From Gnetum montanum (Eukaryota; Plantae; Gnetophyta): 64,000 bases of DNA. A program made the translations under genes and the position numbers. Below are positions 43,070-57,590 of the stretch, in pieces (the first letter of the stretch is position 1; every line of letters starts with the position of its first letter). Below the pieces are notes generated by a model. It was not told where the DNA came from. It saw only the letters and a list, made by a program, of their open reading frames with translations, and ran no database searches. The DNA is taken from contig MNCI01002855.1 in assembly GCA_015680685.1 (NCBI GenBank), positions 1 to 64,000 on the forward strand. Direction: 5' to 3'.

Positions 43070-45340
43070 AATCATATGTGTGTTCGCCATGTCCTTGACC
43101 AGTAAGGCACTGGATTGGGATCATGCACTTCCCAGGGCCTCCATTTACTCTTTGGAGGATTTTCTTAGCTAATTCATCATGCACTTCAAGTATAACTTGA
43201 AGCACAAGGCAACCTTGGACTAGCTAATGCAAAATAAGTAGGGCCACTTAGAGCCTGTGTAAAAATTCATACAATGCTGGAGCACATCGGTCAAGAAAAT
43301 CTGTGAGCCCATTGTGGAAACACACGTACTGGCAATTTTCAAGGGTGTAGTGAATGAATTTATTAAGTTAAAGCTATACTATTTAGCTCACAATCCTTAA
43401 GCCAAGCATTTTCTCAAACCAAGAGCATTCAAGATGTGGTAGAGGCCAACAAGGACCTGGCCTACATGGCCTACAAGAAATTGCATGTCAAAAGGATAAG
43501 GACAAAGGAAAATAGACAACCACAACCATGGCAATGATGGCCAACAAGGCCAAGCCAACCAATGCTAAACCAACAACCAAGCCACCCAAGGCCTTGGCTA
43601 ATAACAAGGCTTATAGCCCTAGAATTGCAATAAGCAACCAACCTACAACATCGGCAGCCATGGGGCAAGCTACCCCAAGGTCAAACTTTGAGTGCAAAGA
43701 CTACTCAAAGTATACACAGTTACCACTCAAGCTGTCAGAACTCCTGGACCAACTGCTTAAGGCTGGAAGAATCTAGTACAAGCAGATGTCCAAGGATGCT
43801 TGCAAGTGACATGATAGGTACTGTGAACTCCTTAGGAATCCCTTGGCTATAGCACCAAACAAGCCTCTGGTCCCTAAATATTTTAGGCTAGACTGATTTT
43901 GCCACTATCATCAATTGCCCAGGCATGACACATACTTCTACATGGCTCTACAAGATGACATCTAGCGCATGATTGATTGGGTAAGTTGGTTCTTGATGCC
44001 ACCAACCTAGTTTGCCCCCAAAATCAATCAATGATGATCTACAAGGACCCTTTGAATGTAGGTGGTGTAGCATACACCATCAATGCTATCAACATTGATG
44101 GCAACTCAAAACTAGTGCAGGAGCCATTCGTGGTTCTTATGCTCTTTGGGAACACTAGGGCCTCCTTGACATCCACCAATTTGAGGATCTGTTTTGATAT
44201 TAGAGCACCACCTCAGGCACTCACAACATCCTTTGTGGTCAAGGTCCTATAGCACATTACAACAACAATAGCCAAGTCATCCTTTGTTGTTAGGATGCCA
44301 CAACATGCAGACTCCTCACCTGCTTGAAGTTCGATGGTGGACCATGCATCAACCCCTGCATGTCCAAGGGATCATCCTATAGGAAAAACTGACAAAACAT
44401 CTAAGTGGTAACCTGGGAGGCCTAGTGAGCACCTTGCTGACAAAATGATTAGGTAGCACCAGGAGCAAAAAGAGCTGGGTTCACTGAATCCCATCCCCTT
44501 GTCCACCATCCCCATGGCCGAATTAATTGAGAAGGCCACCACAAGCAACTAGCAACCAAGCATTGAGGCACCTAGGCAAGTAAGGCAAGCCAAGCCCAAA
44601 TCTCCTACATGAGAGATTCATCTCTTGGGTTGCATGAAGGAGATGAAATCTAATAAAATAATAGATAGTGGCAAAGAATTTCTAGACACATTAGCTTAGG
44701 TCAAATAAGCTTTAAAATAGAAGAACACAATGTTAAGCCTATACGACCTGATCATGACCTCCTCTGCCCATCGTGAAACACTGGTCCACATGTTGACCTC
44801 CATTCCTATTATGGAGAACATCCCAACTAATGAACAATCCATCCATGCTATGATGCTTTCCCCTACACCATAGGAATCAAGCTCAACACTCCTATTGTTC
44901 CGTGATGAGGTGATCAAGGTTGATCCTAGGAAGGGTTAAGTCATTACTGCACTAATGTTTATCACAATTCACATTGGACAATGCAAAATCCAAAGGATGC
45001 ATGTTGATGATGGGGTAGCAACCAACATCATCCTATACATCATCATCAATAAGCTAGGTCTTGCTGACTAAATCAAACTCACAAAGACAAAATGCCTAAA
45101 GTCCTTCGATGAATCATGCGTTTTCATAAGGGGAATGGTCACGATAGCCTTTGTGGCAAGGGAGCAATTCCCCACCATTATAGAGTTCATCATAATTGAA
45201 GAGATGCCTGGATTCAACTTGATCTTGGGTAGGTCGTGGTTGGCCTAACTGTGGGCCGTCTCTTCTCCTATCCACCAAGAAATCCACCTTCCATACAGAG
45301 GTGGTGAGGTTATCATTTATAGTGACAATGCAGCCCCTCT
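43070..45340 (+). pseudogene. Degenerate Tat/Ogre gag-protease
   Basis: LTSKALDW..LP..SI (gag), YTQLPLKLSELLDQLLKAGRI, CHYHQ..H knuckle, SLYDLIMTSSAHRETL, MHVDDGVATNII and FNLILGRSWL..AVSSPIHQ (protease). No RT follows. Confidence 0.8.
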
Positions 45341-45879
45341 GGCCATCAACAATATAGACTCAGAATAAGGGTTAGAGGTGGAGTTCTCCTATGACGTGCC
45401 TCCCATAAAGGACAAGGATGAAACATGTGAGGTAGACTAACTTGAGGGACCAAAGGCAGCCAAGGACCTCCTAGAGGATGCTTTGTGGGAAAAATTTCCC
45501 TTCGACATAGTTGATGAAGGTCAAGGCGATTATTGCATAGTACCATCTAGGCCCTACATTCTACCTAACCCACACTAGATTAGGAAGCAACTACGTGACT
45601 AAGGCACTCCCTTAGTCCAACGCATGCTAGGTTCCTACTTGCTCTTCACTTCTGCATAACTTGCTTGCTTGCATCTTGTTTGGGCATTTATGTTTAGCTT
45701 GGTTGTTTGCATTTTGCATTGTTTGCTTTGTTATGGATTTATTTTCTTTGTTTGTGCATTTTTGATTAGTTTACGCATATGCTTGTTTAGTTTACTCTTT
45801 AGCAGTTATTAGCCTATGCATGAAAAACATGAAAATACATAAAAATTATAAAAACTAAAACTAAAAAAATGTGTAGCCC

Positions 45880-46165
45880 ACCATGGCCTAAAACTAGTAA
45901 TCTCCCTTGCATCACATGGCCCAAAAAGGCCTTAAACTAGCACATGACTTGCCATGGCCCTAAATTGGCATTGCATGGCCCACCACAACATAAAACTGGA
46001 AACACTTTTCATTCTATCACATGGCTTGAAAAGGCCTTAAACTACCACTGGGGCCCAACATGGCCTAGAACTACCAACACACGTGGCCCAAAATGGCCTA
46101 AAACTATCATCATGGCCTAAAATGACCTTAAACTAGCATCAACCCTCTTGCAAAATGGCCTAGCC
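45880..46165. repeat. Degenerate short tandem array in the Tat/Ogre internal region
   Basis: About 10 recurrences of CATGGCC..AAA / GGCCTTAAACTA. Confidence 0.75.
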
Positions 46166-46398
46166 ATCTTACCATCACACAATCATATCATTGCGTAATC
46201 ATAACTTAGTACAACAGTCCATCACAACATCAGCATAATAAACACATAACAAATAATCGCAAAAGTTACATACTCGATATAGCAAACATAGTCATTACAT
46301 GCCATCTCGCATCAATAATAGTACATAGCATAAGCATCAATACCATGTTGCAAAAAATACACAAAAATGCCCAATAGTAGAGCTACATTAGAACATGC

Positions 46399-49300
46399 TC
46401 AACCAATGGTACTAGGTGGAGGTGGGGGTGCTTCTTCCTCCACTACATTGCTAGGGCTTGCAGCATCGCCTAGTACTTGCTACAACAACAACAAAACAAC
46501 AAACAATTAGTAAGCAAATGTACAATATACAAACTAACATGAAAAAGTAATAAAAATAAACAAACAAAAAACTAACCTAAGAGGATCTTGCATCGATCAT
46601 GTCTAGAGGCAAACTATCAAGGCCCTCTTCTAGGTGTTAGAGGATCTCAACCTGAGATAGTCACGTCCAATCCTCCTAGCCAAAGTCAATCCCTACAGGG
46701 TCTTGCCTTTGTTCAAAATGGTTCATGCAAGTGGCTCCATCGAAAATGTAGAAGATGAAGCCTCTCCTGAGGGGGTGACAATTTGCCTCTCCAAAGAACC
46801 ACTGACCATGATATGATGATTGAACAACTTTTAGGCTCATCTCTCACCAGTTGCCTCAAGGAACATCTCAAGGAAACAACATTCAATAGACTCCTACTTG
46901 TACCACTTAAGGTACGCATCTCACTCATGCTTATAGTGGTGCTTGTGGTTCTTTTGGGTCTACCCCCACTTGTACACCTTTGTACTATAACTTTTCTATT
47001 CCTGGTTCTTTTGGGTGAGGAGATCCATTTGGAGTCGCTACTCCATAATCTCTTGGGTTACCTCATTTCTACCCTGGATGGTTGACCAGTACCTGGCATA
47101 GTCTATCTCCATGGTCCACTAGGTATTGTCTCACTATGAGCAAGCTACTAAAAAGTCATAATGGAACTGAAGGTACCCTATCTTTGTGTCTTGGCTTGTC
47201 ACCCTCTCTGGAGCTTGTGAACACACTTCCATAGGTGCTCATTTGAGTGCCTGCAGAGCCATAATGCTTTTGCACAGAAAAGCACACATTTGCTCACTAC
47301 CTCATATATACAACGAGGCATATACTTCACTTTAGGAGGGGACTCAGGGATGATGTCCACTTTGGCCATCCTTCTTAGATCCCAGTGAAGCTTAGAACCT
47401 ATTAGCATACAATAAGCAAATTAACTTTAGCCACAAACTAAGCTTTCAATAGGTAAGCCATAAAAGCAAAGAAAAATTACACACATACTGAGCTCAGGAT
47501 TAGTTTGCTATAGGTGGTCAACTATGTCCTTCATGATGCCTTCCATGAAGGAAAACTTGTCAAGCATGTCTACCCACGGCTTCATGTAGTAGGTAGACAT
47601 TTGATCGCTAGCGAGCACATCTAAGGTTGTAACACAACAATGCACTTAGGAATAACTGAATAGCGAAGGATTCTAGAGCAAAAGAGCAACAATAGATGAT
47701 AATTTAAGGCACCTACCTAATAAGCCCTTAGGTGCAAGAGCAAGGGGGTCACCTTAGGGTGGAATAACCCCTAATAAGCCCTCATTAGGGTGGAATAACC
47801 CCTCCTCCTCCAATTGTTGGAGGGTTTGTATGACCTTACGTAGTTCCTCCCCACACGCTCCTCCCTCCTTAGCTTGAGGAGGGGCCTCCTCTGGTATTGC
47901 TTCCACTACTGCTCTGGTAGCCCTCTCTCCTAATTTTGACAATTTAAAATATAATGCCTTAGCACATATTAGTCACATTAGCACATTAGTATAACATAGT
48001 AGAAAAACATAAAAATATAAACATAAAAAATTACAGAAAATGGATGCATCTGATAAAGTACGTATACTAACCTATAACCTTTGTGCATAGACCATGAAGC
48101 TAGAGGTGGATTTTCTTACCACTTGCTTTTCCAGCCTCAGGAGCAGCCTCCTCTGCAAGGCATGGCCTCTTGATCTTCACCTTGGATAATCTCATTGTCT
48201 TTGTAATATAGCAATTTTCCTTATTCAGGTCCCCAATTCCAATTGGGGGACCCTTGCCTGCACTGTCATGTGAATAGTGTGACTACCCCAAGAGACCTTT
48301 GGTCATTACTAAATATGACTCATTGATCTCCTTTAGGGGGTCTTGGGCATGAGTGGTCATGAACATATGCTTAACCCAAGGCTTCGATAGTTGCTCATGA
48401 TCTTGTATGACCCATCATTGATTATCATGTACCACTAAGAGCTTCTCAAACCTTTGCAAATACCTTGTGAAGAATGTAAAGTATACATGAGACCTGGCCT
48501 AGAGGTTGAAGCGTATCTTGGTGATCTCTACATGCAAGCCAGTCGTAATGTACGAGGCCTAGTTAAATCTCATGCCCTCCTGCAACACCTCTCTCATCAC
48601 CTGTGCTTGCCCCACCCCAAGGATTTTTCCTTGGAAGAGCAACTTTGAGAAGGCATGAGCGTAGAATAGAGGGTAGAGCTCCTAGACCTCAAGAACAAGC
48701 ACATCTTTAATTGGGATGCCCTTGTGAGATTGAGTGGCCCCCAACTAGTCCTTAGTCTCTCCTTTATGGTCGACCTCCCTGTTGGCCTTATCAACGACCA
48801 ATGGGCCATTAGTGGGGAGGCCAAAGAGGTTAGCAAAGAAGGCCTCATTGAGGTCTAGAACTACCCTCACATTGCATACTTGGGTGACAAGATGTCAGAT
48901 GTCACTGCTGAAGGAGTCTATGATGGTGACGATTTCAGCCATTGGAATGCTTGGGCTAAGGGCTAAGAAAAGGTCCATTAACCTAGGACGTGTGAGCCTA
49001 CTGGTAAGCTCATCTAAGGTCTAGTGGCACAACCAATGCTACACACCCTCTACATAATCATATTTCATGATGAGGATGGCCTTAGTGCAGCCTTTGGTGA
49101 CCATTGTCACCTCTCCTAAAGTAATCATTGCTGTAATAAAGGCAAAAATAATGTTAACACCATGGAAGGGCAAATCAATAAGCATCTGTGAGCAAGCACA
49201 AGAACTAAACAGTAAATGCTTACATGATACAAATGGAGTGTGGGATGGAGGTGGTGGTATAAGCATCTTCTCAATATTAATCTCACCACTAGCCCATTCC

Positions 49301-49495
49301 TCATCTAGCCAATCATGGATCTTGCATTACTCGAATGCCCTTAGGTACCACGTAGGGTAGGACCCTAGATCAACTCCCACCTACTTAAGTATAGCCTCCT
49401 GAAAGTTTGGGCTAGATGACATTACCTTTAGGATGGTATGAGTCAAGGCAAGAGCATCCCTCTCATTGTGTAGACCCTGCTTGTCAACTCTGAAT
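46399..49495 (-). pseudogene. Decayed multi-exon antisense gene inside the Tat/Ogre element
   Basis: GT-AG introns on the minus strand at 46480-46576, 47399-47488 and 47621-47716, plus ~47936-48071 (acceptor mutated). Frames join across them, and the terminal exon 46479-46399 reads QVLGDAASPSNVVEEEAPPPPPSTIG*. May extend to ~50035. Confidence 0.6.
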
Positions 49496-51976
49496 CTAGC
49501 AACAAGCATGAGTAGTTAGCAACTTAGCATGAGCCAATAGTAAAGAACATGACACAAAAAACCATAAGAGTACTCATCCTCTGACATAGTATATAGTTGT
49601 AGGTGGGTTCTGGGACAAAGTGTGCATGCATAGAGCAATAAATAGGATGTTGCTCTTATTGTAATAAGAGAACTCTGGCATTTGCCAAATCCTAAATAAA
49701 GGTCGAGTGCTCCTAGAACCTCTACCGGAACCACCTACTCCATCATCATTAGTAGTAGGCTCATCGGACATGAACCTCAAAATGCCCTAGTTGGCCCTAG
49801 ATAGTAACATCTCTATGATGACGTTGGCAGCCTCCATCGCTAAGTGTGACCACATTATCACACTAAAGTATTGGAGTAGGAACTCTAGGAACTCACATGC
49901 CCCTAGGTGAAACCACACTACTTGATGACCTACACATATATCTGGTGCAGGCGTGTTGGGGACAAGCTCACTCATGCAGCAAAGAATGTCAACGAGCTCC
50001 ATGATAACCAGGATGGGCTTCAGTAGCACTTTACAATTGCAAAGCAACAAAACGAAGAATTAGCATACACACATTAGATGCAAATTTTGACCAAATATAT
50101 TAAATTTAACTTAGCAAAATTAGCATAACATAGCATCAATTAGCAAAAATATCCAAAGGCCCCTTGGGCCCCATGGGTATAGGACATCAACACACACATT
50201 TGATGCACCTCGTACTCACTAGGGTATGGCACACTTTGCATAAGATTAGCATTTCATTTTACATGTTCGCACATTTAGCACTATCATTGTTTACATGTTT
50301 TAGTAGTTTAGCATTGTTACGGTTTGCAGGTTTAGCATTTTTTTGCAGGTTTAGCATTGTTAGCATTGTGGCATCTTACAAGTTTAGCATTAAGTGCAAT
50401 GTACAAATTTTTCAAATTTTTCTAATTCTGGACAATGTAGTCCAGAATGTTGCAAAATTTTTTCTAACTCTGGGTTACCTCTAAGAGTGTAGTCCAGAAA
50501 CACTGTAATTTTTTTAAAATCTAGATCACCCTAGCTACACTTTGGAAGACTGGGGAGCATAGTCCTAGACTACCAAAACTTATACTCCTTGACTACGCTC
50601 CCATAGAGTGTAGTCACAAAAAAACTAACTGTTGGACAAGCCATTTCGGTAAACACTAGGCATCAACTACACCTCCAAGATGGGAGCGTAGTCCTGGCCA
50701 TTGCTAGTGAGAACCAAGGTTTGGCTGCCATCCCAATGCTCTTTCCATGCACCATGTCCTGCTACGGTGACATGCACTACTTACCACCCTTTTACCCTCA
50801 CCACGCCCTACACAACCCACATCCTCCATTGTCTCAAGGAAAAAATGCACACTGGGTGCCCACCATGGTCGTAGTCCTTGTGGCTGTGCCACCTAACATC
50901 CACCAAGACTGCGGTCCCTACAATCGTGCCACCCACATTGATAGCGCTACCCTGCACCATGCCTCAGCCCTACCTACTACTACAACTTGTAATTTTTAAC
51001 AAAAAAAATGGTATAAATCCTCTATTGCGCCATCCCCCTCCTCATCTACCTATAGTCTACATCTCATGGGTGGGGTAGGGACATTATAATCCTAGAATGG
51101 AATTCCTGTCATTAGGAGAGGCCTTTAGAACATTTGCAACATTACCACCCCTTGGCATTTTGTTGATCTTTCAAGGCTCTCGTCATCGGTGCCTCCTCTA
51201 GGTGGCACTTGTAGCATTATGGCCCCACTACTTTGCTAATTTTTTAGGCTCTTGCCATTGCTAGAGCTCTCAAACACCTACATCATCTCACCTCCCATCA
51301 TTTTGCTGATCTTTTTGGACACTTGCCACCATTTTGGCCTCTGGAACATTTGCAACATTCTCACCTCAACACCTTTATTGGCTTCACAAAAACTTGCAAT
51401 TGGCTTAGTTGCTGCAGCATTTGTAGTACCCTCGCATCCAGCAATTTACTTACATCTCATGTTGTGTGGTTGTTTTCTTGCATTCTCTGAGTTATGTTTG
51501 TAGGATGAAGCCCTAGGTCATTGTGTAGAGACACATCCCATCGTAGCAACAAGTTATCACATTGCTTTGATGTGCATGATTGGACTAGCTAAGCCACTTA
51601 AGAGTGCATATCCCTATTATCCTACTATAACCTATTTGCATTTACCCTTTTTACCTTGCATTCCCCCACCTTCCCTTGCATCATTGAGCTTGCAAACCCC
51701 TCCAATGGTAGACTTAACACAACTCATCCCATGGGGAGCCTTTGTGGGTTGGTCAAAGCCTAAGCAGATGTAACGCAACTCATCTTAGGGAGGAAACACC
51801 TATCCTATAGATGTGACCTAGTTGCCTCGAAATAAAGTCCATTAGGTAGCACACAATCCACTTAATGGAAAGCATCTTGTAGTTAGCATTGTGCAATGTG
51901 CAGAACCCAAAGTAGGTTTGCCTCATAGCCAAAAAGCAAAAAAATGCAAGAAAAAAGGAGAGAAAATGGGGCAAAC

Positions 51977-53900
51977 TAGGTCCCTAAGCAAAATTAGCAG
52001 AGCTACAATTTTGCAATCGATCCAACCTTGAATCTGTGTTGACTCTCTCATAAGCATTCTGATGAGAGGTCATGATTTTAGGGGCAAGCCATTTTGGTGC
52101 CATGGATGCTAACCCTCTCATAAGCATTCTAATGAAAGATCACCATTTTGGCAATAAGCCACCTTGGTGCCTTAGTCCTTGTCAACCATGTTGACTCTGC
52201 ATCTTGTAGCATGGCATCCTATTTGCATTTCTCCTTCCTTGCCATCCTTAGCACATTCCCTACACCCTTTCCCTCTAGCATATTGTAATCCTTAGTGCTC
52301 TTGATCATGGTGCAGTGACATCTGATCAAATATTGATGAGCAATGTTGGTGCCAAGCCTATTGTGGTGTTTTTTCATTCTTTGTCAACGCCTCTAGGGCA
52401 ACTCCTCTAGAAGTCAACAAAGGTCAATGAAATACCACCAAATTTGGGCCATCACATCTCAACTACAAGTTTGTTTAAGTGTCAACACAAGGAAAATTTT
52501 TTCTAAGTGTTGGGCCTACATTCTCCACTACTGGGACTATGCTCTAGAGCATAGTCAATGTAGTCTGCAACATAAGTATAGATTTGCAGGATTTTTCTAA
52601 GTGTCAACCATAGCTGCAAACTTTTTTAAGTGTCAAACTACACTCTCATTGCTAGGATTATGCTCTAGAGCATAGTCAACATAATTAGCACACAAATGGC
52701 AAGTTTTGCAAATTTTCCTAAGTGTCAAGCTTGCTTAGCATAGAAGAAATAGTTTGGAAAAATTTCTAACTATTGCAACTATGCTCCTTACTACACTTTA
52801 GAGCATAGTTAACACTAAAGCTCAAGTTTTGCAAAATTTGTTTAGCTCAAGTTTTGCAAAATTTGTCTAACTGTTGGGACTATGCTCTAAAGCGTAGTTT
52901 GCCAGAACTACCTCTAGAAGCCTCTAGAATGCAACATTGACCTTTACCTCAGCTTCAACACTCCTTTGGTAAGCAAGATCAGCAACTTGCATTTCTTTTG
53001 CATCCCCCATTTGTTCCAAAATTGTACCTACGCTTGACAGCACTCAAGAGAGTGAACAACATAGTCTTGGAGCATAGTCTCCAAGATTGCATTTCTTTTG
53101 CATTTTGTTAAGTAAATCGTAATTTTTTTGGCACTCAAACATGTAGTTTGGGTAGTGTGGTTACAATTTGGTATTCTCACGAAGTCTAGTGAAGCACACT
53201 AGTAGAACAACATTTGCTTTTGTGGAGAGCATAGTTGGGTGTAGCGTAGTCTCAACTACCCCTCTACCATGTGGTGCTTGATCCATGATTCACGACAACC
53301 CTAACCCTATAAATACCCCAGTGCTCTACATTTTAAGGGTTGGCAATTTTTTTGCATTTGGTTGGAAAATGTAAGCATCTATTGGCATTTTGGCATTTCA
53401 TTGTGTAAGAGCAAGTTTGAGGTAGAGCATTGACTAGCACCTTTGCATACTACCTAGGACACTGTAGACCACTGCAGCCCATGAGACACTACAGTAGCCA
53501 ACCTAGCAGGTATAGAAACCATGGAAGACATCAAATTTTGCAGCTTTGAGACTCTGAGATTGTGACTACGCTACCTAGTATGCCTATTTGCACATTACAT
53601 ACCTCCTCACCCTTCTTGCAGTTAACTATGCTCTCCCCATTTGGAGTGGTGCCACTCTCTCTCTCACTCTCTCCTTGAATAATTTTTTAGCATTTTATTT
53701 ACATTATGGCATTTTATTTGCATTTTTTGCTATTTTTGCACATAATCACCTGTTGACATCTTTGTTTTTGGGGGAAACCCTTGACTACGCTCACTCCTGT
53801 TGACATCATTGACATTGCAAACATTATGCAAACACTCAACAATGTTTCAGCATTGCATCCCATAAGTCCTAGTTCGATTGATAAGATCATTCTAGGCACC
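51977..53900 (+). mobile_element. Putative 3' LTR of the Tat/Ogre element
   Basis: Preceded by purine tract GAAAAAAGGAGAGAAAATGGGGCAAAC. Repeated GACTA(C/T)GCTC/GAGC(A/G)TAGTC motifs upstream of CCCTATAAATACCCC (~53305). The right end is approximate. Confidence 0.4.
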
Positions 53901-55125
53901 CTATCTCTACCTCCAGTAGGCCCTCACATGGACACGGGGTTAAAGCTATGCACCATGAACCTCTCGGTGCACTATTCCAACCTCCAACGTTTTCGATCGC
54001 TGCATCATTGATGCATCATAGTGGGGTTCAATCCATACTACCTCTAGGATGCCTCATCACCAACTGATCCACATCTTCATGCTAACACCACCCACCAACG
54101 ATTATCACAAGTGTCATCGTGAAGACATGTAAAAAGCCCAAGTAGCTTAAACCAACACATGTCACAAGCACAACACATCCAAAACCAACATAATGTGACC
54201 ACATATATTCACACCTAATAGTTACATTCATTCCATGAAGACAATACCATGATTCAATAAAACAAAATTTTGCCCCACAACCATATTTCTTGAACTACAT
54301 GTAATACCATAAAATGACCTCTATACTAGCCTCTAAAATGGTATATGCCTAAAAATAAAACTAATTCCATGATTAGAAATTACTTTCTAAGATGATCCCA
54401 ATGACACTAATTTCACCTAAATCAGACTCTTGGAAGCAAAGTTATGCACACTTAAAGTTTGATTAATAAAATAATAATTAATAATATTTAATTACCACCA
54501 GTACATATTGAAACTCCCAGAAATTCTAGCACCACAATAGGCTCCTAAAATATAATATTCTAATCATACCAATCTTGTTAACTTCACATCATATTCCACA
54601 AGTCCACATCATAAACAATTCGTAACAAAAATCGTATAATTTTGGAAAATATGAAAAATAGCATGTCCAAGCTCAATCTTTTAACTATTTTCCCCACATG
54701 CCCACATTGCATGATCATCTACACTAATCTAGCATAAAAATTCAGGGAAAAGGTAAACACAACCCACCAATTAAAATTGTTATGATAGAAAGTCTGAACA
54801 ACCAGAAAATCCTTAAAAATTTGGTAGCACATTATTTCACTCCAAATAAGTTCCACACCTACATAGACATAACCGCAACAATTCCAAATCTAGGTTCAAA
54901 GTAAGAAAAAATCATCCACAAAACTTAAAATTCCAAAAAAAAGGATGAAAACAGGAGAAAAGTAAAGAAAATGGAAGAGAATAAATGTAACCTTCATTTG
55001 TGTTTCAAGAAAATAGAAAAGAAACAAGAAAAACCCGATTTTTTATGAGTAGGCCATTGTGGCAAGGTTGTGGAAAATAAAACAACCATATAAACTATGC
55101 TTTTTGTTTTAAAACATATACAAGT

Positions 55126-56343
55126 TGAAGATCATTGAACTTAGAAGGGGAGGGATGAATAAGTTCCCCAAATCAAACCTTTATGAAACAAAGCGCACAC
55201 ACAAATTTATGTGGCTCCCCAACTTGGTTACTCTATACTTAGAGGGTAGATTGCAAACATACCTCTGGACTTTGTTGCTCTCAAAATGTGGTTAAAGGAT
55301 CCACACCCTGTACAATCTTCAAGCCCTGCTTCGGAGTGTTGTATTGTAGTACCAATCACTTAACTATGCAAGGTCTCATTAGGCTTGGGAATGTGGTTTT
55401 AAGGCTTCCAAAACCTTTACAACCTTGCACTCCACACTTGAGTGTTGTACCATGGCACCAACAACTCAATCTTGTAGGATCTTGACAAGCTCAAGCACAT
55501 CAACCCTGTAGGGCAACAAGAACAAGAATTACAATGGAGAATTGCAACTTAGCTTGTTGATCCTTGTATAGTTAGGTACATCACACTTTACAATGCCAAA
55601 ATGATAAAATAATGAGAAGCAATAGATAATTTAATGATTACAAATAATTATACAATGAATACAACAAGGCTTGTACATTTTCCAATGCACATCAAATCTT
55701 TTGAAAGTTGTCATGTTTCTAAATCCATCTTGAAACTCGTGCAATGGCTAGCTAACATTAATAAAAATAATGGAAGACATCTTTTTCATGCCTGAGACGT
55801 CTCTGAATTTGCCTTCAATACTGGGAAGACGTCTTTATTTCCTGAAAGACCTCTTTTTGAGGTCTCCATTCTAGAAAACATCTTTCTAAACTTGGTCTGC
55901 ATTATGTAAAGAAGTCTTTGCCTCGTGAAAGATGTCTTTGTTTGAGAAAGAAATCTTGTTATTTCTAAAGACATATTTTTCTAAGTTCACTTCAATTCTG
56001 CCAAGATGTCTGCTGCTTCTCAGAGACGTCTTTCTTCATCTTCTTTTATCTTTTGAATGCATTGTTTCTTATCCAGAATCTTGATCTTTCATATGCTTTG
56101 ATGATGATAACTTTGCTTGTACATCATCTAGTCCTTGTCCACGTTCTTTGAATATTTGCTTTAAGATCATATGGGTGACCTCCTCCTTTGAGCTTTAAGA
56201 TAGTTTGTTCGTTGTCCTCTTTAACTCATCTTGATTTCCTATGTACGTAGTCCTACAAACACAAAAACCACACAACCATGCAAACAACCTTTTCCATTTT
56301 ACTTAACACTTTGGACATACCAAAACACACCAAAAGGTCCACA
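55126..56343 (-). mobile_element. SIRE-like Ty1/copia solo LTR
   Basis: Minus strand TGTGGACC...CTTATTCATCCCTCCCCTTCTAAG...TCTTCA (SIRE-type 3' end). Near-TSD CAAGT/CAAGC. AGACGTCT motif array at 55770-56032. Confidence 0.65.
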
Positions 56344-57149
56344 CAAGCCACTTCCTTTTTTTTCCTACACGTCATGCGGAAAATTTGATTTTTAAATTTT
56401 ACCTTTTAAAATTTTATTTTTTTCATAAGTTTATTTCTTTTATTTCTTAGAACTAATACCTGGAACTTCCAACATGCATAACAACCACATTGAAACTCCA
56501 AATTAAAATCTATTTGAACCTATGAGATCCTTATCAAATGCTCTACACCTTCACATGCCAAAATCACACCCAAGCATCATATAACATAGTGCTACAGTGT
56601 AAATGCATAAATACCAAAATTTCATATAAAGCATAATTGCATACTACATAGGTACTCTTGTACCCCAATCCAACAACTCAACCAGCAACATCACTTGTCT
56701 AACACTTCCCAAAGGGCTAGTGTACATAATCACGTTAGTTAAGCATGTAAATACATCATAATCATAACATATAAAGTGCAATTCCAATAAGCTAAGTCAT
56801 CCTCAATAACCCACCGAGACACACACATGATATGAATAAATCACAATTATACCATCATACCTAATGTATTTAAATGGGATGTCATAAAAAATGACTAGTT
56901 GAGGGTCTAAATAGATCCAATCCTTTATCACATCACATTCATAATATCAATATTAGTGTTGTGCATGCTTCCTTGCCTGGATCTATCTCCCTTAACATAG
57001 ACCAATCTAACCTTAGCTTCCTAGTTAGCCCTATTCCCCTACCCTATAACCTCTTTCCTCCCATCAATACTAGTAACTCTTGTTCATTCTTTTAGTCTCC
57101 AACTCGTTTCTTAGGTCATCATATTCTATTCCTGAACTCCAACCTACTA

Positions 57150-57450
57150 TTCCATCATTCTCTTCCATTTTAATTCCTAATACTATTACTATTTCCTTGT
57201 TTAGTACTTTTTAGTAGAATTACATGCAACCTAATCCTTGGTATCCTCCTAATCCCATTTCACTTGTGAAACACCTCAAGGAAAATTTCCAAATTTTGCA
57301 TTCCATCATTCTCTTCCATTTTAATTCCTACTATTGTCACTACTTCCTTGTTTAGTACTTTTTAGTTGAATTACATGCAACCTACTCCTTTGTATCCTCC
57401 TAATCCCATTTCACTTTGTGAAACACCTTAAGGAAAATTTGCAAATTTTT
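57150..57450. repeat. 151-bp direct tandem duplication
   Basis: TTCCATCATTCTCTTCCATTTTAATTCCTA... at 57150 and 57301. Confidence 0.9.
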
Positions 57451-57590
57451 CATGGTAAGCCTTAATAGCCAAATTTGCAATGTAATTGATGGGAATTAAA
57501 AGACAAAAATAATTGCCTATTTTCCTATCAAAAATCTCGTTTGATAGCCTTGTTTTAGCTAGAGTTCTAGCAATATTTAATGTGTAAAAT

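Larger units (their letters stand above)
36693..56886 (-). mobile_element. Tekay/Del-type chromoviral Ty3/gypsy element with nested insertions
   Basis: Direct repeats at 36693-~36905 and 42793-~43030 (TGTAACA.C.TGCCCTAGCTAGGG...). tRNA-iMet PBS next to the second repeat. Putative far end GGGATGTCATA at 56886 with AAAAA on both flanks (weak TSD). The right boundary is inferred. Confidence 0.65.
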
